A stretch of 24,949 nucleotides of DNA, filler included, from an uncultured virus (IMG/VR IMGVR_UViG_2049941000_000127) (11 parts of one record of this genome joined end to end with filler, not necessarily neighbours in it), one strand, 5' to 3'. Shown: positions 9,063-19,245, numbered from the whole stretch's first letter. The notes: generated by a model not told the origin, from the sequence alone. Numbers and translations are program-made.

Positions 9063-9098
9063 TTCTTACCTCGTAAAAAGAGGATGACNNNNNNNNNN

Positions 9099-12000
9099 AG
9101 CCATCTTCCGGGAATCCCCCACGGGCAAACCTCGGCAAGTCTATCTTCATCTTTTCCGAGCCGATCTCATGCTCACCGTTTAACTTATCGGCTATCTTAT
9201 TCCATTCAGACGCTATACCTTCACGAGCTTTCTTGAATGTGAGTGTAAGACCTTCCGCTACTCCGTCAAAAGTCCATTGCTCTTTAGTCATTGCCTTTTT
9301 AATAGTGTCAAGGTCATCGTTAATACCCTTTGTACCATCATCAACATACTTCATTATGTCCTTAACTGACGTGTCCGTGTTGGTTGACAAATCAGTTTGC
9401 GACTTCATAATGTCATCAATGGCTTTCTGCATATCTTCTGGCAAGTTAACCGTAACTTTCTTGCTGTCATCCGATATACTCTGAAATGACGTGCTTGTTT
9501 CGTTTGCCATGTCATTAAGGGCTTTTGTAAAGTCAGCATCCGCAACACCAAACTCTTTAGATATGGAATTTGCCAACGCTTGAATATCCGTTGTAGTGGT
9601 TTTGGTAGAAGCTGACAAGTCATCGAGTGCTTTTTTATTTTCAGTAGCGGTAGTAGTTGTTTTACTTATTGAGTCATGTATTCTGTTCCAATCCTCATTT
9701 GCCTTACGATGTGTTTCTGCAAAATTACCTACAACCTTTGAACTCTCTTCGGTCTGCTTTTTATATTTTTCTACCGCTTCTGTCGGACCTTTATAAGCAT
9801 TTGAAATGTTGTTTGCTTCTGTGACAACGTTCTTTGCTTGTTGGGTTGCCGCTGTCATTTCGCTTGTAAGTCCTTTATATGCCGCCGCATTTTCATTAAG
9901 GCTGTTCTGTGACTCCTTAATTTCATCGTTCATTTTAATGACAGGCGGGTGTATTTANNNNNNNNNNATCTTCGACTACAATGCCTAAATCCTCATAGCT
10001 TTGTTTAACTTCGGAAGGTAATACAAGTTCTTCGGGATGTAAAGTATCTTTGAATATCTGCAATTTTCCTGATAATCCATCATAACGATCTTCAAGGAAT
10101 TGCAAATCTTCTTTTGTGCGGTCAATTTCAGCTTGTGAATAACCGCCACTTTCCATTCCTTTTGTTATAGCCCAAGAAAATATTGATTGCCCTATGTCAA
10201 GAACTAACTCCCCAACCGCTACCGCTACAATGCCAACTATGCCTGTTTTAATCGCTGTTCCGATTGTAGTTCCTACTCCTGTTGCGGCGGCTGTAACTTC
10301 TGCGCTTGTTCCTGCGGCTGTGACACTTTCTGCAATAGCTTTAACAACTGCACTACTCATTAAAGCGGCAGTTATTTTACCGGCAACGAATGATTTTAAC
10401 GCCGTCCAACCCATAGAAGCGATTCCGGCAAGAGTAGCAACGCCTAATATTGTTGCAAGTGTTTTAGCTAACGCTGTTTTGTCTATGTTATCCCATAACC
10501 CCTTAAAGAATTTTCCAACTTCTTCTTTAATAGTATCGCCGTACTCATCCCAAAACGTAGTAAGCGCATTATATATGTATGTGAGTATCTTTCCGATGTT
10601 TGCGCCAAGTTCATACATATCAACCTTGCTAAACAATCCTGTGATAACATTTCCTGCGGCTTTGACAAGTTCTTCANNNNNNNNNNCCAAGATCGAGCCA
10701 ATCTATACCTTCGACAAATGCCTTAATGCCGGATGCAATAGTATCAATCGCATTTATGATAAAGTTCGATATGTTATCCCAATGGAATGTATCAATAAAG
10801 TTCTGTATGGCTTCGGCTATTCCTGCCATACCCGTTACAACGGTATCTTTGATTAACGCCCAATCTATGTTTTCAAAGAATCCGTTGAACGTTTCCCCGA
10901 TAAACTTACCGATAGAATCCCAATGTAACTTATGAACAAAGCCGTTAAGGAACTCAAATACAGTATTTACGGATTGTGCAATGGTATAGCCTATGTCATA
11001 TCCTAGACGTTCAACTTCGACAAAGCCATTTATCAGTGTTGCAAGGCTCTCACCTAACTTGTGTGATGTTGCCCTGATTTTATCCCACGGAATAGATTCT
11101 AATATTGAGCGCAGACCTTCGCCTAACTTTTTGCCGAGTTCTGTGAAATCGCCCATTTTCCACATATCTTTGAGCCAATCCGCAAACTCTTTCCACTTCG
11201 GGTCAATCTTCATGGTTTCAAACATATCTGCTATGTCTGAACCACCGCCGGACGAGTCTTTATTCTCTTGTAACTGATTCAGTTCATCAAAGCCAAGAAC
11301 GGTTTTCTTTAAGTCTTTTGCCGCTTTTCCTGCACCCTCAATAGAGTCACGCCAAGAATCGGTAAAGTCTTTTGCTTTATTCCAAGTGGTAGCACCCGTT
11401 AAAGATGCAAACACTTGTTGTATGACATTTGCTAACTTTGTAAGCAGATTTATAACATAAACAATAGCCGGGGCAAGCGCGTTAATTAACGGACTAACCA
11501 AAGCGGCAAATGAATAACCTAACTTCTTTGCACCGTTCATCATGCCCGATACGCTATTATTAAATTCGTCTGAATGGATTGCTAATGACTTGAACCCGTT
11601 ACCTACTTCGGCTATGACTTTACGCAAAGCCATACGGGTTATCATAAGTTTTAGCATTTTGGAAACACGGAGTAATTCATTAGCAAACTTCTTCGCCATT
11701 TTTGTAGCGTTGTTGCCACCAGATACCGTTTTCTTTAATGCTGATCCTGCTTCTCTTATGCGGGATGTGAAAGACTTGACGTGATTATTTACGCCTTTCA
11801 TAGCCGCAAGCAGACCGCCTTTGACAATGCCTGTTACGGATGAAAAGCCTGATTTGAACGCACTTATAGATTTCTCCCAAGTAGGATTGACCTTAAAGGC
11901 ATCCCNNNNNNNNNNGCTTGTGCTAACTCGCGCTGTTTCAAAATCAGTTCATCATACTTATTACGAAGGGCATCAAGTTCTGCCATCTTCTTTTTGTATG

Positions 12001-12673
12001 TAGAATCGCCGGATGTAATCGAACCTTCATTAAGACCTTTCTGTATTGTTGATCTTAACTGTTCATACTTCTGACGTATCTTTTCCGCGCTTTCTTCAAG
12101 CGTCTTAAACTGTTTTGTGGGTGTAATTATACCCATTTTCTGTAAGATACTTGTTACACCTTTTGCCTTGACTTCCACCTTATCAAGTGACGCAACAATC
12201 TCTTTTGATGCACTTACCGATGCCTTGCTGTCCGTAAATGATATAGCCTGACTCTTTTTAGGTGTAACATTTGCTATGGTACTTGCGGTCTGCTGTGTTG
12301 CTGTGCCAAGATTCTGCATAGCCGTAACCGCATTTTGGATAGAGTTTACGCTTGACCGCTTGAATGTTTCAACCGCGCCGCCAAGCGTAGCCATATCCTT
12401 TGAAAAGCCACCTATATTAGCAGAACCGATAACAGCCGATAAATCCTTAACCGCATTGCTGAAAGCAACCATTCTGCCCGTCTGTGCTTCTGTAGGAATA
12501 CTCTTCTTGATAGTTTCCATTGAAGATGTGAAAGCAGATAACTTATTCGCGTCAATACTCTTCACGGATTGTGCCAAGTTCCTTACGGCATAGCCCATAG
12601 ATTTGATGTTCTTTATGGCTTTTTCTGTTCCATTTGCATTGAATTGAATTGATAAGGTATCAATATTCGGCAT
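9099..12673 (-). CDS. tail tape measure protein (gapped; track ORFs 11864-12673, 10674-11801, 9935-10690 and 9028-9933)
   Basis: MPNIDTLSIQF start overlapping the chaperone stop, Ala/Lys-rich helical sequence, LGFDELNQL motif, periodic Trp repeats (IPWDKI, LHWDSI, IDWALI, FHWDNI, IDWLDL), hydrophobic segments and a PRFARGGFPEDG motif. Confidence 0.92.
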
Positions 12674-13172
12674 CTTTTTTTTCCTTTAATGCTCGTTCCA
12701 CATTGCTAAACATCGTGTTTAACTGTGTAACAAACTGTTTACGTTGCTTTGCAATCTTGCGTTCTTCTTCGTCTGACATATCAAGTCCGTCCTCAAACTC
12801 CATATCAAGCGTGTACGGCTCTTTTGGATATTCAAACGGCTTCTGACCGCGCCCCCGGAACATATTGCCTACCGTTGCACATAACGCATCCGCAAAGTAC
12901 ATACCTTCCAAGTGATAAAGCATATTCTTTGTGCGTATTTCGTTCTTCTTTGCTTCGTTGTAGGCGGCAACCATTATATCTATTTTTCGGGGATTTAGTT
13001 GCCAAAAATCATTATATGTAGTGCCGAGTGGTATAACCTTCGGCATCCATTCGTTCTCGTAATATGCTCTCAAACAAGGATAATCACTTACGCTTTTTTG
13101 CTCTTTGCACTCTTCGGTGAAGTCGCGCTTGCATCCTCTTCCTTGTCCTTGCTGATTGAGCGAAAAAAACCC
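12660..13172 (-). CDS. tail assembly chaperone gpT-like segment, reached by -1 frameshift
   Basis: The -1 frame is open from the GGGTTTTTTT slippery site into ...YENEWMPK...FWQLNPRKI...YPKEPY; lies immediately upstream of the tape measure gene. Confidence 0.8.
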   Translation of the reverse strand, partial: GFFSLNQQGQGRGCKRDFTEECKEQKSVSDYPCLRAYYENEWMPKVIPLGTTYNDFWQLNPRKIDIMVAAYNEAKKNEIRTKNMLYHLEGMYFADALCATVGNMFRGRGQKPFEYPKEPYTLDMEFEDGLDMSDEEERKIAKQRKQFVTQLNTMFSNVERALKEKKDAEY

Positions 13173-13429
13173 GAATCCTGCATCTGTTCGCTCATTATCT
13201 CGACAATATCATTGAACTTGCCGCCACCTTCAAGGTGTGCTTCGATTTCTTTTCCGGCTTCTTCCTTTGAGATATTTGCCGAAAATGCAAGATACGATCT
13301 GATAAGGCTCATAGGCTTCTTGTCTATGTCCTCTAACGATAAGTTCTGATCTTCAAGGTCGCAAAGAAAGTTAAAATCAAACTCCTTCGCCCTATAAGAT
13401 TTTCCGTTTACTGTAAAAAGTTTTGTCAT
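13088..13429 (-). CDS. tail assembly chaperone, gpG-like
   Basis: True start MTKLFTVNGKSY after AAGGAG; lies between the tail tube and tape measure genes; contains the SGFF slippery codons. Confidence 0.85.
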   Translation of the reverse strand: MTKLFTVNGKSYRAKEFDFNFLCDLEDQNLSLEDIDKKPMSLIRSYLAFSANISKEEAGKEIEAHLEGGGKFNDIVEIMSEQMQDSGFFRSISKDKEEDASATSPKSAKSKKA

Positions 13430-13435
13430 ATTTGC

Positions 13436-13494
13436 TCCTTTCCCCGCCTTTAGGCTAAACCCCATAGGGAAAGGACGGGGTTTCCCCCGCCCTG
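13436..13494 (-). promoter_or_regulatory. structured RNA leader: GC-rich hairpin plus anti-SD stem upstream of the tail chaperone
   Basis: Minus strand AGGGCGGGG-GAAA-CCCCGTCCT hairpin, then TCCTTTCCC, complementary to GGGAAAGGA, which overlaps the SD. Confidence 0.6.
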
Positions 13495-13500
13495 TTCGCG

Positions 13501-13800
13501 CTATGTTGTATGTGTAACTGTCACGGTATAAGTCTTTGTCTGACCTACCGAGTTTGTTACCTCGATTGTCAACGTGTCAGTATTTGCTGTCCACGTTATT
13601 GTTGACCCTGTAAAGGTTGTGCCGTTAAGTTTCGTCACAGCCGTTGCACCGCTACTCAAGTTCAACGTGAGTGTTGTAGTTGCCGTAGTGATGTTTGCTG
13701 AATAACTCGTTACGTTCGGGTCAAACGCAGGAGTTAAATCTGCCGAGCCTAATTTCAGCCCATTAAGCCCGTCTACGAGAAAGCCACTTTGGTATCCCAA
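13501..13800 (-). CDS. cadherin-like/Ig-like beta-sandwich domain, probable frameshift extension of the tail tube
   Basis: LNGLKLGSADLTPAFDPNVTSYSA...TLTIEVT...TKTYTVTVT matches the cadherin-like beta-sandwich pattern; overlaps the tail tube 3' end in the -1 frame; weak TTG start. Confidence 0.8.
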   Translation of the reverse strand: MGYQSGFLVDGLNGLKLGSADLTPAFDPNVTSYSANITTATTTLTLNLSSGATAVTKLNGTTFTGSTITWTANTDTLTIEVTNSVGQTKTYTVTVTHTT

Positions 13801-14023
13801 CCCTTTAACTCTTTAGCAACAAGGTTTATTGTGTTGGTAAATGCGCCGTTCTGCTCGATAGACGGAATGGGAAGTGCCGTAGGCGGATCAGCCGTGAAGA
13901 AAGCCGCCTTTGTCATGCCGGGTATAATAATTTCAAACCACATTGACTCGCCTGATGATCTGTTGTTGAAATCGTCAAGGACATCATCCCACTGTGCCAT
14001 TGTTTCATCTTCCCAATTTACGA
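13773..14023 (-). CDS. major tail (tube) protein, C-terminal part
   Basis: MWFEIIIPGMTKAAFFTADPPTALPIPSIEQNGAFTNTINL...WDTKVAFS*; position upstream of the chaperones. Confidence 0.8.
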
Positions 14024-14123
14024 NNNNNNNNNNNNNNNNNNNNNNNNNNNNNNNNNNNNNNNNNNNNTTAATTAATTAANNNNNNNNNNNNNNNNNNNNN
14101 NNNNNNNNNNNNNNNNNNNNNNN

Positions 14124-14210
14124 TATCTCGATCTCTTTGAGATATTCTGCACCGAGTTTTCTCTTGAGAACTTCAGGTGTAGCCGCAATAGATACGTCTG
14201 AATACTTCAT
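14124..14210 (-). CDS. head decoration protein N-terminus (continues at 18205-18432)
   Basis: MKYSDVSIAATPEVLKRKLGAEYLKEIEI after AAGGGAG, directly downstream of the scaffold gene. Confidence 0.6.
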
Positions 14211-14224
14211 ATCTTTTCTCCCTT

Positions 14225-14721
14225 CTATTTGTATGAATCAATAATGCTGACCGCTTCTGTTTCTGCTTTCTTTGAAGCGGCAACGCGATCAACTATATCT
14301 TTGTAAGGCTTCTCGTCCTCATCACCGTCATCATCAGTTTTTTTTCCATCGGGCGCGGGCGTTTTATCAAGCGTATCTTTCTGATAAGCCGCAACTGCCG
14401 CTTTTTCCCTACTGTCAATGATCTGTCCTAACTTTTCGGTGTTAAGACTTCCATCCTCACCAAACAGACCGTTTGCGTCATCGCCAACAATTCCGATATC
14501 TGCCAATGCTTTAAGTTGCTCCATCTGTCTGACGGTTTTTTCGAGATTCGCAACCTTATTCATTGCATCTTCGGTAGCCTTGTTCGCTTTCTCCAAATCA
14601 GTCATGTTCGCACTGTTAAGTTCCTCAATCTGCTTTTCAAGGTCTTTAACCTTGTCGGCATCGGCTTTGAATTTGTTTGCCTTATCCTCGGCTATTTTGA
14701 CCTCTTTCTGCATTCGATTAA
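14225..14721 (-). CDS. capsid scaffolding protein (N-terminus at 19033-19063)
   Basis: Lys/Glu/Ala-rich coiled coil with NMTDLEKANK and an acidic C-terminal tail (TPAPDG...), followed by the decoration gene. Confidence 0.8.
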
Positions 14722-14821
14722 NNNNNNNNNNNNNNNNNNNNNNNNNNNNNNNNNNNNNNNNNNNNTTAATTAATTAANNNNNNNNNNNNNNNNNNNNNNN
14801 NNNNNNNNNNNNNNNNNNNNN

Positions 14822-15416
14822 TACTTCGCCATCCATTCAGGTTCATCAAGGCGTTCACGCATTTCAACGTAGAACGATGTGGTAAATCCATTAACGGGAT
14901 AGTCAAAGTTGGACTTATCTTTCTCATTTAGAGCCGGGATTTTACGAAAACGATATAAAGGATCATCCCCGTGTAACTGCTCAAGGCGGTAAAGTGGGTC
15001 ATATACGTTCCATAGAGTACCAACCATTAACTGAAATGCTCCCGAAAATAGAAACTCTATGTCAATGTCATACCCAAGANNNNNNNNNNGTCATAACCCG
15101 ACATTCTATCCACCATTTTGTTAAGATATTCCTGCCATGTGTTTTCCATTCGAGTAGGTGACAGTGAATGTTCACGATCTCGCACTAAATCGTCAACATA
15201 TAGCACACCATCCCACGAAACATCAACTGCACCCGTCCATGTAGCATCAATAGACCTGCATGTGAGTGTTGAAAACCTGTCCGGCTTGTCAAGGTTTATC
15301 GTGAAATCTTCCGCTGACTTGTCGCGGATCACTTTTCGTGCGTTTTCATGCCAAAACTTGTAAATCTGCCCGAATCTATACTCCGCACTGTCGAAGAGGT
15401 TCATCAATTCCTTGTA
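14822..15416 (-). CDS. terminase large subunit, internal fragment
   Basis: TLTCRSIDATWTGAVD...LYVDDLV (Walker B) and MVGTLWNVYDPL...IPAL (motif III region). Joined artificially to the tail terminator fragment in the ORF track. Confidence 0.85.
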
Positions 15417-15426
15417 NNNNNNNNNN

Positions 15427-15728
15427 ACAAGTTCATCACGCACAATTGCGTTAACCTCTCGCGCCGCATCATTGCCTTGCGTTTTGGTAACACTCACTTT
15501 TGTTCTGACCGTCATAGTCACGGCATTTATCGCCCCACCGTCAAGGGTAGACATTCGTTCTGCGGTATCAAAGAACATATATACGGTTGGAAATTTTGCT
15601 AAATCGTTCTCCGAATCGTCCTGTGTAAAATTGATATCAGGATAGGTTTTCTTTAACGCCTGAATTGTTTTATTCTTGACGTGTGAGAAGATTGCGTCTA
15701 TCCTATCTTCAATCCATATAGAACTCAT
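15427..15728 (-). CDS. tail terminator / tail completion protein (partial)
   Basis: MSSIWIEDR...AKFPTVY; start overlaps the stop of the gp10-like gene; last gene of the neck module. Confidence 0.7.
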
Positions 15729-16188
15729 CCGAATACCTCTCGCGCTATTTCCTCGACTTGCTCTATGCAAGCCATTACCGCTTTATGTAAAGGCTGTGTG
15801 GGTTGCTCACCCATAGAATGATATTTCATACGCCCGTTAGATTGACTAACGGGTTCTGCGTTGCCTATGGGTTGCGTTTCCGCATACCAATACCAACCAT
15901 CTTCATCGTAAGCATGACCGTATTTGTTTAACGTTCCTTGTCCACCTATTGATTCGAAAGGGATAGCATAATGACCTGATCCAAATTCAGCCATCAGCAA
16001 CGGCGATATGACTTCGCTTCGCGTTTCTTTTGACTTTGATCCGGCATACCATTCAGTTCTTAACAGTTTTGAAGTCGCTGTTATATAAATGGTTGTGTCA
16101 TTGTCCCATTTCTTACGATAGATGATGTAACGTGAAAAATCGCCACCNNNNNNNNNNCCCTTGAGTCAAGACCCACCTTGTAATTCAT
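15725..16188 (-). CDS. neck/tail completion protein, HK97 gp10-like (gapped)
   Basis: Starts MNYKVGLDSR, overlapping the upstream stop; LMAEFGSG...GWYWY...G..PTQPLHKA...IAREVFG pattern. Confidence 0.72.
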
Positions 16189-16634
16189 TTAACTACCTTT
16201 GCCAAAATGTAGCGGTCATTGTTAAGTGACGGTACACTTCGCAACACTCTATAATCTGCCGTTGAATCATCCGCATATAGAACATCATCCACGATCTTTG
16301 TTGTGGGTCTTGTTTCATACCATATAAGGGATGTTTCGGTTATCGGAATCTGATCTTTGTTTAGCACTAATACCGCTTCGTATCGTTCGTCACTAATACC
16401 AAACTCTTGACGTAATAAATCCGCTCCGGCAAACGCTATGTTGCCCCTAAATTCAACAGCAGGACTATATAATGACATCTTAACGCCCGTTTCAACGTAA
16501 TATGTTTCGCCTGTTTCCTCGTCTACATAATCGACAATCTTATTGCCGTTACTATCAAGTTTATAAACAGGCACAGTACCTATCAGTAAAGCGTAATAGA
16601 TAGTCTGTTTGTTTCGGTAAAGACAACGCATCAT
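16185..16634 (-). CDS. head closure / head-tail joining protein
   Basis: MRCLYRNKQTIYYA...ITETSLIW...ADYRV...SLN motif; second neck gene. Confidence 0.72.
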   Translation of the reverse strand: MMRCLYRNKQTIYYALLIGTVPVYKLDSNGNKIVDYVDEETGETYYVETGVKMSLYSPAVEFRGNIAFAGADLLRQEFGISDERYEAVLVLNKDQIPITETSLIWYETRPTTKIVDDVLYADDSTADYRVLRSVPSLNNDRYILAKVVK

Positions 16635-16975
16635 ATTACCCCCACAAAGTTAGGCAATACGTCATGTAATCTCCCTGAAATCCACGCTCCATCATACGTC
16701 CGTGATATAGCATTTTCGCTATGTGCTTTCTCCCCTTCTGCCCCACTTCTCGAATAGACTTCAATACACGCCATAGCCATTGCGTTTGCACACCTATCAA
16801 GCCTTGCGGCTATCTGATCCTCGGTGTAATCCATGGGAAAGTGAGATTCGTTGATCGCGTACTCTATCACGAATGCCACGATGGATGAAGGAAATGTTTC
16901 AACATTCTCTTCTGTTTCGTTAAGATATGTCAACGCTCTATCTTGTACTTTGGTAGTTAAATCGTTAAGAGTCAT
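16631..16975 (-). CDS. head-tail adaptor, SPP1 gp15-like
   Basis: YSRSGAEGEKAHSENAISRTY motif characteristic of gp15-like connectors. Confidence 0.85.
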   Translation of the reverse strand: MTLNDLTTKVQDRALTYLNETEENVETFPSSIVAFVIEYAINESHFPMDYTEDQIAARLDRCANAMAMACIEVYSRSGAEGEKAHSENAISRTYDGAWISGRLHDVLPNFVGVI

Positions 16976-17265
16976 AACGTCCTCAACATTTCTTTTATGT
17001 CATCTGCCTTTGCTGTCTTGTTAACCTTAAAACCTTCCGATATCGCAAGGCTTTTTAGTTTCATGTAAGGCATGTTCAAATCTTCTTCTGAATATTTTGC
17101 CGTTTTCTCTTCAACTGCGGCTTCTTCTTTAGCCTGAATCTCTTTTTTCTTTGGCTTATCTACTTTCCCCGGCTGTGAAGAAAGGGGCTTTTCTGCCCCT
17201 TTCTTACTGCCTGTTGGAACTTCCGTTCCTGCCGGATAGTAGACACCATTCTTTTTCACTTCAAA
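16972..17265 (-). CDS. capsid-adjacent small protein with a C-terminal HeH/Rho-N-like helical domain (5' end in gap)
   Basis: VKKNGVYYPAGTEVP, a low-complexity linker, then YSEEDLNMPYMKLKSLAISEG...ADDIKEML; typical gene between capsid and adaptor. Confidence 0.6.
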   Translation of the reverse strand, partial: FEVKKNGVYYPAGTEVPTGSKKGAEKPLSSQPGKVDKPKKKEIQAKEEAAVEEKTAKYSEEDLNMPYMKLKSLAISEGFKVNKTAKADDIKEMLRTL

Positions 17266-17275
17266 NNNNNNNNNN

Positions 17276-18659
17276 TGTTGAAACAGTATCAAAGTTGTTT
17301 GTACTGTATGAGTTGTTCGGATCGTAGTTGTAGGTGTAGTTTGCACCGCCGGAAACTGCGATCGTGATTGAAGGATGTCCGTTCTCGTTTGCAAGAAGTG
17401 ACATTCTCATTCTTTCAGGAACAACGCGTGCGCCATCTACAAGGGTAGTAGCATCGTCAAAGATACGATCAAGAATCTCTTTNNNNNNNNNNGGATGCCT
17501 TTGTGCTTGTCTGTACCGGGTCAAACTTCGTGTCAACCGATACTGCAATACCCGTGTCAACGATAGTTACATCGAGTTTGTCAGAACGATGTTCTTCGGG
17601 TGTAACACCAAACCATGTGTTACCAAGCGCACCTTCGGGAAGAAGTGTAACCATTCCATCGGGATAGAACTTCTTGGCTGTGCCTGTCTCGTCCTTATAC
17701 ATCTTCGTGTAAACGATAATGGAAAGTCCGAGTTCGTTTGCAAACAGCTCTTTAACCCTTGCATCTGTCATAAAGATGTTTGCGGTTATGTTCTGTGCCA
17801 GAATTGCGCTCTTAATTGAATCGTTCTGCTTGAGAAGGTTCATTGTAGCCTTGCTCATAAGAAGAATCGAAGGTCTTGTACCCGTAGCGGCTTCGACTGC
17901 ATCCTGTGCCGCTGAAATGTCATCAAGCGGTGTAGAATCATCAAGNNNNNNNNNNAACTACACTCGAAGCAACCTTGAGCATATATGTCTCATCCATTCT
18001 CTCGAATGAAGGAAGCACGATCTCNNNNNNNNNNNNNNNNNNNNNNNNNNNNNNNNNNNNNNNNNNNNTTAATTAATTAANNNNNNNNNNNNNNNNNNNN
18101 NNNNNNNNNNNNNNNNNNNNNNNNTGCGGCTTCATTGTAGATTGCCGCGATTACGGATGATCCGAAAACGTCTGTAAATTTACCCATGATATGAACCCCC
18201 TTTCTTACTCAAAATACAGGTTGGTGAGTGCCGCCCTGTCTGAACTTGTTGCTGTGCTGTTTGCACCATTGATAACTGCAAATGCTACTATAACGGATGT
18301 GTTCGGGTTGTCCTCGTATGTGTCATTGAGAGTGATGCCGTAAACATCTGATCCGTTTCCTGCTGACTTCTTTCCGGCTTTCGTTATGGCTGATCCTGCC
18401 GCAAGTTTGCCGTTCGTAAATGCGGATGAATGNNNNNNNNNNATAGTCCTGAATATCCTGCTCTTTAACAAGCATAGCTTCCTTGAAGTAAGCCATCTCT
18501 GTGTCAATGACTTCAAGCCCCTGCCTTGAACGGATAGGTGCTACTACGTCAAATGCTGACGGTGCAAGAGAAACAGGAAGACCCTTTGATGTCTTAATCC
18601 ATTTAAGGTTAAGACCGCTCTTCTGCTTTGCCGGGAAAAATCCCTCGCCAAGATAAGGG
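17276..18659 (-). CDS. major capsid protein, lambda gpE-like family (phage A), in scrambled pieces
   Basis: Pieces in inferred order: 18125-18187 (MGKFTDVF), 18443-18659 (PYLGEGFFPAK...SAFD...EMAYFKE), 17276-17482 (IFDDATTLVDGARVVPERMRM), 17493-17945 (PLDDI...LGNTWFGVTPEE), 17956-18024 (EIVLPSFERMDE). Confidence 0.85.
18205..18432 (-). CDS. head decoration protein C-terminal part
   Basis: KLAAGSAI...VYGITLNDTYEDNPN...NLYFE*, immediately followed by AAGGGGG and the capsid start. Confidence 0.7.
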   Translation of the reverse strand, partial: HSSAFTNGKLAAGSAITKAGKKSAGNGSDVYGITLNDTYEDNPNTSVIVAFAVINGANSTATSSDRAALTNLYFE

Positions 18660-19143
18660 NNNNNNNNNNNNNNNNNNNNNNNNNNNNNNNNNNNNNNNNN
18701 NNNNNNNNNNNNNNNNNNNNNNNNNNNNNNNNNNNNNNNNNNNNNNNNNNNNNNNNNNNNNNNNNNNNNNNNNNNNNNNNNNNNNNNNNNNNNNNNNNNN
18801 NNNNNNNNNNNNNNNNNNNNNNNNNNNNNNNNNNNNNNNNNNNNNNNNNNNNNNNNNNNNNNNNNNNNNNNNNNNNNNNNNNNNNNNNNNNNNNNNNNNN
18901 NNNNNNNNNNNNNNNNNNNNNNNNNNNNNNNNNNNNNNNNNNNNNNNNNNNNNNNNNNNNNNNNNNNNNNNNNNNNNNNNNNNNNNNNNNNNNNNNNNNN
19001 NNNNNNNNNNNNNNNNNNNNNNNNNNNNNNNNTCAGTTCCTTTACTTCTTCGCGTTTCATCATTTTTCTTTCCCTTTCTCCGTACACTTTTTTACGTGGG
19101 TTGTTTCCACTCGGATTGCTATTTACGCATAGTTGCTTGTATT

Positions 19144-19166
19144 AAAAAAACGCCCCGAAGGACGTT
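19144..19166 (-). terminator. intrinsic terminator between the head morphogenesis and scaffold genes
   Basis: Minus strand AACGTCC-TTCG-GGGCGTT followed by TTTTT. Confidence 0.75.
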
Positions 19167-19245
19167 AATTTCCGTCAACGATGTGCCGGGGATTTACTCT
19201 CGACACACCGCCGCATGAAAAAGAAGGTATTGCTTTGAAGGAAAA

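Noticed and set aside
10194..10856. Long plus-strand ORFs (this one and others)
   Set aside because: Antisense shadows of well-supported minus-strand genes, with no recognisable motifs.
13755..13775. TAG readthrough or stop-codon reassignment at the tail tube stop
   Set aside because: Readthrough adds only five further codons before TGA, and other genes end normally in TAG, TGA and TAA, so the standard code fits.
15057..15770. Apparent tail terminator-terminase fusion ORF
   Set aside because: The junction is a 10-N gap joining unrelated contigs.
18323..19087. 254-aa ORF spanning scaffold start and capsid
   Set aside because: Chimera of the scaffold N-terminus, Ns and a capsid fragment.
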